Positions 39,001-48,572 of a stretch of DNA of 64,000 nt are shown here, piece by piece (within the stretch, counting starts at the first letter, position 1; each line of letters begins with the position of its first letter). The notes under the pieces are model-generated. The model was given only the letters and a program-made list of their open reading frames with translations. It did not search any database and had not been told where the DNA came from. The position numbers and the translations under genes are program-made. Source of the stretch: Chiloscyllium plagiosum (Eukaryota); the NCBI RefSeq assembly GCF_004010195.1, contig NC_057718.1:3322092-3386091 (forward strand), in the 5' to 3' direction.

Positions 39001-42000
39001 GCCGTGTACAATGTCAGTGTGATTGACACTGATGTCCACTGGTACCACCAGCGACCTGGCAGCAACTGGGAGTGGGTGATAAGCCACTTTGTGAATGGCA
39101 CCCACACCAAGACTCAGGGTTTCCCTGATCGTGTTCAGCTTTCCAGGAATGTCAGCAGGAACAGTTACATTCTGAGCCTTGTGAATGTGACTCTCAATGA
39201 TACTGCTGTGTACAGCTGCAGTGTGTGGAGCTACATCTATGGAGCAGGGAGCCAGTTCATTGTAACTGGCAAGTAAATGGGAGGGAACACTGGTGTGAAC
39301 AGGGAAGGGAGCACCCAGCTGCTGTGCTTCATCAGTGGAAGGGCAGAATGGTCATCAAGGCCAGGTATTCCCAAGGCTGGATGGGGTGTGGCTTGGAGAG
39401 GAACTTGCAGGGGGTGGTGTTCCCATGTATCTGATGCCCTTGTCCTTCTAGATGGAGGAGGTTGTGGGTTTGGAAGGTGTGCCTGAGGATGTTTTGTGAA
39501 TTTCTGCACTGTATCTCATAGATAGTGCACAGCAGGGAGTCAGTGGTGGTGAGAATGAGTGCTTGCAGCTGTGGTGGCCAATGGTGTCAGTTGCTTTGAC
39601 CTGGATAATGACAAGATCATGAGTATTGTTGGAACTGCCCCCATCCAGGCAAGTGGGGAGTATTCCATCACACTCTTGACTTGTGCCTTGTCGATAGTGG
39701 GCAGGCTTTGGGGAGTCAGGAGGGGAGTTACTGTCATGAGGAAATCAAAATTAATGTTGACAATCTTAGACATTGGCCAGACTGAAGTGACTGTGTGTGT
39801 GTGTAACATTCTGATATTTTACAGAAGAGTCTTCTCATGGTATTCCCTGGACTTCAGATTCCATTTTAATCATTGGCACCATTCTGGGCTTCACTGTCTT
39901 GATCTGCATTGTCCTGCTCACATTTTTCCTTTGGAAACAAAAGCTGTGTTCATCAGTAAAGGACTCCTCACAAGGGTAAATCACATTTCATCTTGGTTTG
40001 ATTCTGTCACTTCACAGTCATTATTTTTTGACATTGAGGGTGATTGTTTTTAGTGAGTGCTGATATTCCCACTGTAGCACACAGATCCATTGCAAATGGT
40101 GGGTCAGTGACTGTCGAGACCATGCCTTACATCCAGATGCCCAATCACTGCCAGTTTGCTCTATCTCTGGTATCACACATCCTCCAGTGCCAGGCCACAG
40201 GTACCTGCTGGTGACAGTCAGAAAGCTTTGAATGGGTCAAGCATTAGACATCCCCTGCAGGATCCCCATTAGGTACTGGATCATTACCTACCGAGCCCAG
40301 TGTCAGCGTCTGTCTTGGAGGCTCACTTGCAGTACAGTACCTCCAGCTGGGATGAACAAGTGAGTGCCAGACCACTCGGTCCAACAGCCCCTGCTGTCCT
40401 TTTGCTTCCACATCAGCAGAAAGCCCAAATCACATTTCCCTATGCTGTTCCCCCATCCATTCAATCCACTTAATCCTCACACCCCTCTCCAAATGAATCC
40501 TCAACATTGACATCAATCCTCCACCTGCCATTAGTTTGGAGTGACTCCCACACCCTCCCCACCTTCTGGGTGAAGAGATTTCCAGAACCCATGGACTCGA
40601 TCTGTTTGTATCCATGATCCCTCATTCTTCACCCCCTCAATCGTCTGTTTCCACCTCATTCATTGTTCCTTCAAAGGATTTCAAAAATATGATCATAGTC
40701 ATAAAGTGTGGTTCATCCAATGATATAAAGACGTTCTGAAGTCTTTCTTTGTAATTCCATTTGATGTACTGGGCAGCATCCCAGTGAGTTGTTGCCCATA
40801 AGAAATAGGAACAGGAGTAGGCCATTCAACCCCTAAAACCTGCTATCCATCCAATAGGATCATGGCTGATCCAACATTCCTCTCATCCATTCTCCTGCCT
40901 TTCTTTATTACCCCTTTTCCCCAGCTGATCAAGATCTCCATCTCAAAACTTCAAAAACTCTGCCTCCACAGCTCTCCATGGCAAGGAGTTCCAAAGACTC
41001 ACTACCCTCTGAAAAAAGAATTATTCTGAGACTATGCCCTCTGGCACTAGACTCTCCCATGGGGGGAAACACTCTCTCAACATTAACTCTGTCAAGCCCC
41101 TTAAGAATCCTGCATGTGTTAATGCGATCACCTCTCATTCTTCACACCTCCAGTGAGTAGAATCCCAATCTGTTCAGGCTTTGCTCATAAGCCTGAGGGT
41201 TAATCCTTGCTCACTCTCACTTTTCGCTGGTTCTTGTTCCATTACAACAAAGTCGCTGGTAAATGATTGGGGTTATTGTTATTTTTCAATCTGTTCTGAC
41301 TCCTCTCTTGGCCAGTTGAGACTTAAACCCAGATGATCTGTCTCAGAGACAGAGATACTGCCCCTTCACAGAGACCCCTTAACAATCAAAGCTGGACTTG
41401 AACCAGAAATTTTTGATCAGATCACAAGTCAGAGGAAAGTCACAAATCTACTTGCTGATGATTTGCTCCAGCTCCATTCGAACATTAGTTTCTTTCTTGG
41501 TCTGTGCCAGCTGACAGTGCTGCAATGTCTTGAAGAAATCTCTCCCTTCCACAGTCGGGAACAACAACAACTTGGCCAAGTTTCCCAGCATGCCCTCTAG
41601 TTCAGTCAAATTCTTTCCTTTGTTGTTCACATAAATTCTTTTTAGAAAAATATCCAAGTTTTCAGTTCATCCTTTTCATCTTTAAACTGGTCTCGAAAGT
41701 CCATGGTGAAAAGTATAAAATCCATCATCCCCGAGACTGTGAAGTAGATAGTGTTGTTCTGTGGTAAATGTGCAATAAATCAAATGTGTTGCATTTATTT
41801 AGGAGTCCTGTTGAAGACCAGAACGTTGTGTATACAACAGTAAATGGTAAGCAAACTAATTCTACCATTATCACAACATTGGGCAGGAATTACTCTGTTC
41901 CAAACATCCATTTTACACAGTTGGATTCTTGATGTCATTGATAAGCTCACGGTTAGAGCGGCTCATTTGTCTGATTGACACAACGTACTATAATGGGGAG

Positions 42001-45000
42001 AAAGTGAGGACTGCAGATGCTGGAGATCAGAGCTGAAAATGTGTTGCTGGAAGGGATTTGACTGAGACAAGGTGGGGGGAGGGGAAATGAGGAAACTGGA
42101 GAAATCTGAGTTCATCCCTTGTGGTTGGAGGGTTCCTAGGCGGAAGATGAGGCACTCTTCCTCCAGCCGTCGTGTTACTATGGTCTGGCAATGGAGGAGT
42201 CCAAGGACCTGCATGTCTTTGGTGGAGTGGGAGGGTGAGTTGAGGTGTTGAGCCACGGGGTGGTTGGGTTGGTTGGTTGGTTGCAATCTTCTTCCTGACC
42301 TCTCCGCCCCCACCCCCACTCCGGCCTATCACCCTCATCTTGACCTCCTTTCACCTAAAATATTTCCAACGCCCCTCCCCCAAGTCCCTCATCCCTACCT
42401 TTTATCTTAGCCTGCTGGACACACTTTCCTCATTCCTGAAGAAGGGCTCATGCCCGAAACATCGATAGTCCTGTTCCTTGGATGCTGCCTGACCTGCTGT
42501 GCCTTTCCAGCAACACATTTTCAGCTCACAACTTACTATAATGTTAACACAATGGGACGTATTCACATGAGGCTGCAGATGTTCTTTAACAATGGAACTT
42601 AAGTTTAGTACACCAAAGAGAGAAAGAAATCATACCATATTGTGTGTATATATTTATTACAATGAGAAGAACATTAACACACTCATTAAAACAATGTTTC
42701 ACCCAAATTCCCATCACTATCCATTACAGAGGCACATGTCTGAAGAAATTATATTTCAATCTCAACGCTTTACTTTCCCAATGTACTGATTCCTGTTCAT
42801 TTCTCTGTCTTGAACTGCCATAACAATTCTATGGTTTTTCTCTGAATCCAAATGAATGAATCAGTAGATGTTCTAATGTCTTAACATTTTCAGTTTGAAC
42901 AAGCTGAAGGTTTCTGTCCCAAATTCTCCCTGTTTGGAGAAGTTCACAAAAGGGAAAAACATTGCTACTGTGGTGACTGGTTTCTTCTCCATTGAAAACT
43001 CGAGCTAGGAGAGAAACTCAAACTTCATCCTGAATTCAACTCTTGGTCATTTTCAGCTTAATCTTTGTGTTTATCGAACTGAAGTCAAAACAAAACATTT
43101 ACACTGTCTGTTATAAGCCCAGAAGTATAGCTATTATTTATTTAACACTCCAGAGGCTCTCCCAACTCCCAGATGGCATTCATGTGTCTTCTTGGAATGG
43201 CTGCATTGAATTCCTGTTCCAGAATGACTTTCTGACCTTTTAAAAGAATCTCAACAGCAAAAATCTGTATCTCTTTTTTAATCATTCCAAATTACAAAGA
43301 TGAAATATTTTACATAATGTTCATCACCACAACAGAGCAGAGATAAGGAGAAAAGATTTTACTGGACAGAGTTGATAGGGTCTGGAACTCACTCCCTGAA
43401 AAGGTGTTAGAAATTAGTTCCATAACAAATGTGAAGAAGGGTTTGGATAGGTACTTGAGGATGCAGGATGTAGAGGGTCACTGACAAAGAGCAGGGCTGT
43501 GGGGTTGAACACAATAACTCATTAAAGATCTAATGTGAGTGTGATTGGCTGATGGTGCTCTCTCTGTGATGAGTTTGTCTGATGGACATGATGAATGTTA
43601 TAACGGAGAGCAGTGTCCAGGATTCCCACCAGCTACCTTCCTCTAAAACTGCCCAAAGTCACACTGGCATTTCCCCTCACCATTTTCCCCAGTTTAAAGA
43701 GCTCCATTGTGACTTGGCTCCATTCTGAAGAGGTTTCATTCTGTTTTCTTTCAGTTCAAACACGGAGCAGTGAGCAAGCAGCAGTTCCTCCTGTTGTGGT
43801 AAGGAAATGGGACACCGCTGTTGGTTTTTGCTGCATTTTGATAAGCAAGGGCCACATCTGGGAGGAACTTCGGTATCACCAGAACGATAACAAACCATAA
43901 CTTGTAACACACAGAAAGTCTCTGTTCCACAACAGGCTTGACTGAAAATAATCAAAGAGCAATCAATCATTTCCTTCTTTTTAATCTTGGGGCAAGTTGC
44001 CTGGACAGAAATATCCACAATGTTCCAGTGCCTGGGAAATGCTCTCACATTTTGTGAGATTACCATCACAGACAGAATGCCCTGGGGTCTATGTTCATCC
44101 TAATGGATTGTTCAGGTGCTGGGGGACCCTCTGAGGGCTGAGATTAAGAAGGGGGAATTGGCCAGTACCTTGTGGCTTTAATTCAATCTCAGTTCCACCT
44201 TCCTTCACCATCCCCAATGTTCTTCCTTCCCTCAGTATCCAACCGATTGCTGTCTGGTGTCTGGGAGGAGCTGAAACCCACAACAAGCCCTGAATAAGGG
44301 AGATTCAATCCCTGCTCTGCTCCAACTGAGCTGACTGCAGTCGGGGGGAGAGAGGAGCTTGGTTTCATTGACCTCAGCACCCGAGATTAAGAAGTGGGGA
44401 TGAGCCAGCATTCCAGCTTTTCCCTCCCGGATCATGATCCTGACATCCTTGGATACCAGCCAGGGGTTATTGGGGACTCTCTTGCTGGCCATTAAGATGG
44501 ATGTCGATTCAAGCCTCAGTCACAGATTTGAGCACAGATTTTGGGCTGACCCTCCAGGGCAGTACTGAGGGAGTGCTGCTCAGTAAAAGCTGCCCCTTTT
44601 TTGAGCATGGAGTGAAATCTGGATCCTCTCTGCACCTTGGATGGATGTAAAACATCCCTGGGCATTAGTTTGTCAGAGCGCAAAGAGGTCCTGCTAAACT
44701 CCCTGGGTGATCTGTCTCCTTTCCCCAACATTCCCCAAAACAGACCATCTGCTCAGCGTTGCTGCTGGGATCTTGCTTTGTACAAATGAGCACCTCCCGG
44801 TGCCTGTGAGGAAATTACTGAGTGATGTTTGTGTTCGATTCCAGCTGGCTGAAGGGGAATGTCATTATGCTGAGGTTCACTTTCACCGACAAGGAAGCAG
44901 CCAGCCGACAGTGACAGCTGCTGAAAGGAGCTCGGAGTACGCAGTTATAAAACGGGCAAGAAACTGTAGTTCAACAGGACCCTTTCACTCTGCAGCAAGG

Positions 45001-45009
45001 AACAGTTAA
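32750..45009 (+). CDS. Spliced gene model: type I membrane IgSF receptor with 3 germline-joined VJ domains, TM and ITIM-bearing tail. Exons 32750-33094, 34868-35212, 38921-39268, 39825-39975, 41803-41846, 43755-43798, 44845-45009; leader exon not found on this strand
   Basis: Every exon has a polypyrimidine/AG acceptor and every internal exon a GT (one GC) donor. Phases chain 1-1-1-1-2-1-0 with no stop until TAA at 45007-45009. Total 1442 nt, about 480 aa without leader. Confidence 0.85.
33790..34780. mobile_element. Penelope fragment (-) and CR1 tail (+) in the V1-V2 intron
   Basis: MKRRLGDHFSEDL GIY-YIG remnant; CR1 tail gatgggctgaatggcctaattctgttcctat. Confidence 0.6.
34868..35212 (+). 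CDS. Exon V2: V-set Ig domain with built-in J segment
   Basis: ctctttaactcttaag|AT...ACA G|gtaagt, 345 nt, phase 1/1. ...RLQC...VHWDRQ...DTGVYFCKVWGDISGNGTQLTVT. 71/115 aa identical to V1 by manual alignment. Confidence 0.93.
36011..36411. mobile_element. Tc1/pogo(Tigger)-type MITE
   Basis: Imperfect TIRs ctgtatatatctgagcataagtcga ... tcaactgttacttgagtatacag. Confidence 0.5.
38921..39268 (+). CDS. Exon V3: membrane-proximal V-set Ig domain with built-in J segment
   Basis: tttctcttcaatatgaacag|AT...ACT G|gcaagt (GC donor), 348 nt. DPFADPVLIEDHVVSKVAEGEAVKFQC...VHWYHQRPG...DTAVYSCSVWSYIYGAGSQFIVT. Confidence 0.9.
39825..39975 (+). CDS. Stalk/transmembrane exon
   Basis: atattttacag|AA...CAA GG|gtaaat. 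Translates (E)ESSHGIPWTSDS-ILIIGTILGFTVLICIVLLTFFLW-KQKLCSSVKDSSQ: a 24-aa hydrophobic uncharged span followed by basic stop-transfer residues, in phase with V3. Confidence 0.88.
41803..41846 (+). CDS. Cytoplasmic exon 1 (ITIM VVYTTV)
   Basis: gcatttatttag|G AGT...AAT G|gtaagc, 44 nt, phase 2/1. SPVEDQNVVYTTVN matches the ITIM consensus (I/V/L/S)xYxx(L/V/I). Confidence 0.78.
41995..42527. mobile_element. Penelope fragment with inverted arrangement
   Basis: RLEEECLIFRLGTLQPQGMN on - strand; gagctgaaaatgtgttgctggaa / ttccagcaacacattttcagctc inverted pair. Confidence 0.75.
43755..43798 (+). CDS. Cytoplasmic exon 2 (spacer)
   Basis: ctgttttctttcag|TT...GTG|gtaagg, 44 nt, phase 1/0. VQTRSSEQAAVPPVV. 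Supplies exactly the phase change needed between the flanking exons. Confidence 0.75.
44500..44810 (+). mobile_element. DeuSINE-like (SacSINE1/AmnSINE1-type central domain) remnant
   Basis: gcagtactgagggagtgctgc...ggatgtaaaacatccc...aaaacagaccatctg...gggatcttgctttgtacaaat resembles the Deu domain, recalled from memory. Confidence 0.55.
44845..45009 (+). CDS. Terminal cytoplasmic exon with two tyrosine motifs (CHYAEV, SEYAVI)
   Basis: tgttcgattccag|CTG, phase 0. LAEGECHYAEVHFHRQGSSQPTVTAAERSSEYAVIKRARNCSSTGPFHSAARNS*. Same HYAxxxF...S/TEYxxI layout as CD33/Siglec-type inhibitory tails. Confidence 0.85.
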   Translation: MAEGECHYAEVHFHRQGSSQPTVTAAERSSEYAVIKRARNCSSTGPFHSAARNS

Positions 45010-45054
45010 GAACAACTCACTCAAACAGAATCATTTTGGCTTCTTTTTCACATT

Positions 45055-47220
45055 CATCCAGATTCATCCAACAACTGTCCCATGTCCACCCGCGTCCCCC
45101 ACCTCAGCTTCTGAGCGTACTTTTCTCATCAAGACTCCTGTCCAGCCTCCAAGGACCTCCCCTCGCCCACCTCCAACACACCTCATCAACTTGAACACCC
45201 AGTGCCAGTCTATTATCCGCACTTGACCTCTTTATTTCCAACTGCCGCCAAGACATTGACCGTCTCAACCTGTCTACCTCACTCCAACCTCTCACCCTCA
45301 CAACACGCAGTCCTTCACTCCCTCTGCTCCAACCCCAAACTCACCATCAAACCCGCAGACAAAGAAGGTGCAGTGGTCGTTTGGCGCACTGACCTCTGCA
45401 CCACTGAATCCAGGCATCAACTTGAAGACACCTCCTCCTAACGCCCCCTCAACCATGACCTCACCACCCATCACCAAACCATCATCTCACGGACCATACA
45501 CTACCTCATCACCTCAAAGGATCTCCCACTCACAGCTTTCCAACCTCATAGTTCGGGAATCATGCACTGCCTGATTCTACATCCTTCCCAAGATTCACAA
45601 GCCTGACTACCCCAGCTGACCCATTGTCTCAGCCTGCTCCTGCTTCACCGAATTCATCTCCACCTACCTCGATACTGTACTATTCTCCCCGGTCCAGGAA
45701 CTCACCATATACATTCGGGACACCACCCACACCATCCACCTCCTCCAAGACTTCTGTTTCGCCGGCCCCAATACCTCATCTTCACCATGGACATCCAATC
45801 CCTCTACACCTCATCGGCCATAACCAGGGCAACCAAGCTCTCCGTTTCTTTCTCTCCCGACATCCCCACCAGTACCATTCCGCTGACACAGTTTGGCTGA
45901 ACTAGTCCTAACCCTTAACAATTTCTCCTTCGAATCCTCCCACTTCCTCCATATGAAAGGGGTAGCCATGGGCACCCACATGGGCCACAGCTATGCCTGC
46001 CACTTTGTTGACTAAGTGGAACATTCTATCTTCTACAGTTAAACTGAGACCACTACCCACCTCTTCCTATGCTACATTGATGATCGCATCAGCGCCACTT
46101 CATGCTCCCACGAGGAGGTTGAACAGGTCATCAACTTCACCAACACATTCCATCCTGACCTTAAATTTACATGGACCATCTCTGACACCTCCCTCTCATT
46201 CCTGGACCTCTACATCTCCATCAACGATGACCCATTCAACACTACCTCCTGCAAAAATGCTATCCTGTATTTCCAATTTCTCCGCTTCCGCCTTATCTGC
46301 TCCCAGGAGGACCAGTTCCACCACAGAACACACCTGCTGACCTCCCTTTTGAAAAACCACAACATTTCCACCACCTCCAAACAGATCCCACCACTCGGGG
46401 TATATTTCCCTCCCTATCCTTATCCACTTTCTGCAAACACCATTCCCTCCGCTACTACCTGGTCAGGTCCAGGCCCCCCAAGAACACACCGTCCCCTCCT
46501 GGCACCTTCTCCTGCCACTGCAGGAATTGCAAACTCTGCACACGCACCTCCCCAAAGGAGCCTTCCACATCCATCAAGATTTCAACTGCACTTCCACATA
46601 TGTCGTTTATTGTATCCGTTGCTCCCGATGCGGTCTCCTCTACATTGGGGAGACTGGACGCCTCGCAGAGGGCTTTAGGGAACATCTCCGGGACACCCGC
46701 ACCAATAAATCCCACTGCCCCATGGCCGAACATTTCAATGCCCCCTCCCACTCTGCTGAGGACATGCAGATCCTAGGCCTCCTTCACTGCCACTCCCTTA
46801 CCTGGAGGAAGAACGCCTCAGCTTCCACCTTCAACCTCAGGGCATCAATGTAGACTTCACCAGTTTCCTCATTTCCCCTCCCCCCACCTTACCCCAGTTC
46901 CAATCTTCCAGCTCAGCGTCGCCCTCATGATCTGTCCCACTTGTCAATCTTCCTTCCCACCTATCCGCTCCACCCTCCTCTCCGATCTATCACCTTTACC
47001 CCACCTCTATCCACCTATTGCACCCTCAGCTACCTTCTCCCCAGCCCCACCCCCTCCCATTGATCTCTCCACCCGGAGGCTCCAAACCTCATTCCTGATT
47101 AAGGGCTTTTGCCCAAAATGTTGATTTTCTTGCTCCGCGGATGCTGCCCGACTTGCTGTGTTTTACCAGCACCACTTGAATCTCGACTCTAATCTCCAGC
47201 TTCTGCAGTACCCACTTCTG
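45055..47220 (+). mobile_element. Penelope-like retroelement, degenerate
   Basis: IKPADKEG, KGVAMGT, FNCTSTYVVYCIRCSRCGLLYIGETGR (GIY-YIG). Confidence 0.9.
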
Positions 47221-47248
47221 CTATGTCCATATATTCCCAGAGCCTGAC

Positions 47249-47315
47249 TTTACTGGGCACTCAGACCCCCTCAGATCCTGAGATTACTGGGCACTCAGAC
47301 CCCCTCAGATCCTGA
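47249..47315 (+). repeat. 34-bp minisatellite, left portion (2 copies)
   Basis: ttactgggcactcagaccccctcagatcctgaga repeated. Confidence 0.85.
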
Positions 47316-47997
47316 TAGAACCTGGAACAGTCCAGCACATGAATGGACCCTTTGGTTCATGACATTGTGCTGAACATGATGCCAAATTAAACTAATCCCT
47401 TCTGCCTGCCTTTGGTCCATACTTCTCTATTCTTTGAATATCCATGTGGCTTATTTAAAAGCCCCTTCAACACCCCTGGCAGTGCATTCCAGATTCCTCC
47501 CACTCTCTGTGTGAAAGAACTGCCCCTCACATCTCCTGTGAACTTCCCCTCTCTCACTTAAATGCATGCCCCATAGTATTTGATATTTCAACTCTGGGAA
47601 AAGGATTCTGGCCATCAATCCTATCTATACATCTCATTATCTTATGGACTTCTATCAAACCTCTCCTCTGTCTCTGCTGCTCCAGAGAAAACAACCTTGC
47701 ATGACCACTTTCAGGGAGTTGTGGACCTGAACCCCAAGATCCGTTTGTACATCAATGCTGCTCATGGTCCTGCCACTAACTGTGTACTTTTCCTTAACAT
47801 TTGATCTCCCGAAGTGCAGCAACCCACACTTACTCGGATTAAAATCCATCTGCCATTTTTCCACCTGTGTTTGCAATTGATCGATATCCCACTGTATCCT
47901 TTGACAACCCCAACACCATCAGCAACTCCACTGATCTTTGTATCACCCGGAAACTTACTAATCCACCTGTTTACATTTTCATCTCAGTCATTTATAT
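47316..47997 (-). mobile_element. CR1 3' part (continues at 58468-58915)
   Basis: EKWQMDFNPSKCGLLHFGRSN; the sequence resumes collinearly after the LTR element. Confidence 0.75.
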
Positions 47998-48220
47998 TGT
48001 TATAAAGTGGACATCGATGCCCCTCTGAGAACTGAAACTGAAACACTCAAAGAGGAGCACCCCACTTTATAGTCTATAAAAGGAGTTTGAAACATGGGGT
48101 AACCTGCTTTTCAGCAACTTCTAGTAATGAAACAAATCCCTGACACTCACTTTACAATTAATAAGTAATAATTTATATATGTAACTCTAACAGTGAACAA
48201 ATTAACTCAACTATTCACAA

Positions 48221-48572
48221 TAGGGAGGTGAAGGCCAACTGGTATTATCACTGGACTCTTAATCCAGAAACACAGGTCGTGTTCTGGGGACCTGGGTTCA
48301 AATCCCACCATGGCACATGGTAGAAGTTGAATGCAACAAAAAAATTCTGGAATTAAGAGTGTAACAATGTCAATTGTTGAAAAAACCCACCTGGTTCACT
48401 AATGTCCTTCAGTGAAGGAAACTACCATCCTTACCTGATCTGGCCTACATGTGACTCCAGGACCCACAGCAATGTGGTTGACTCTGAACTGCCCTCTGGG
48501 CAATTAAGAATGAGGCAATAAATGCTGGCCTAGTCAGAGAAACCCACGTCCCATGAAAGAATTTTTAAAAAG
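48221..48572 (+). mobile_element. tRNA-derived SINE inserted in the LTR
   Basis: B box gacctgggttcaaatccc and tail ggcaataaatgctggcc; absent from the partner LTR. Confidence 0.7.

Noticed and set aside
2294-39276. A rearranging TCR/Ig V-segment locus
   Set aside because: Each V already contains its J-like strand and splice donor. No RSS, D/J segments or C exons were seen, and V3 connects to a TM and ITIM tail.
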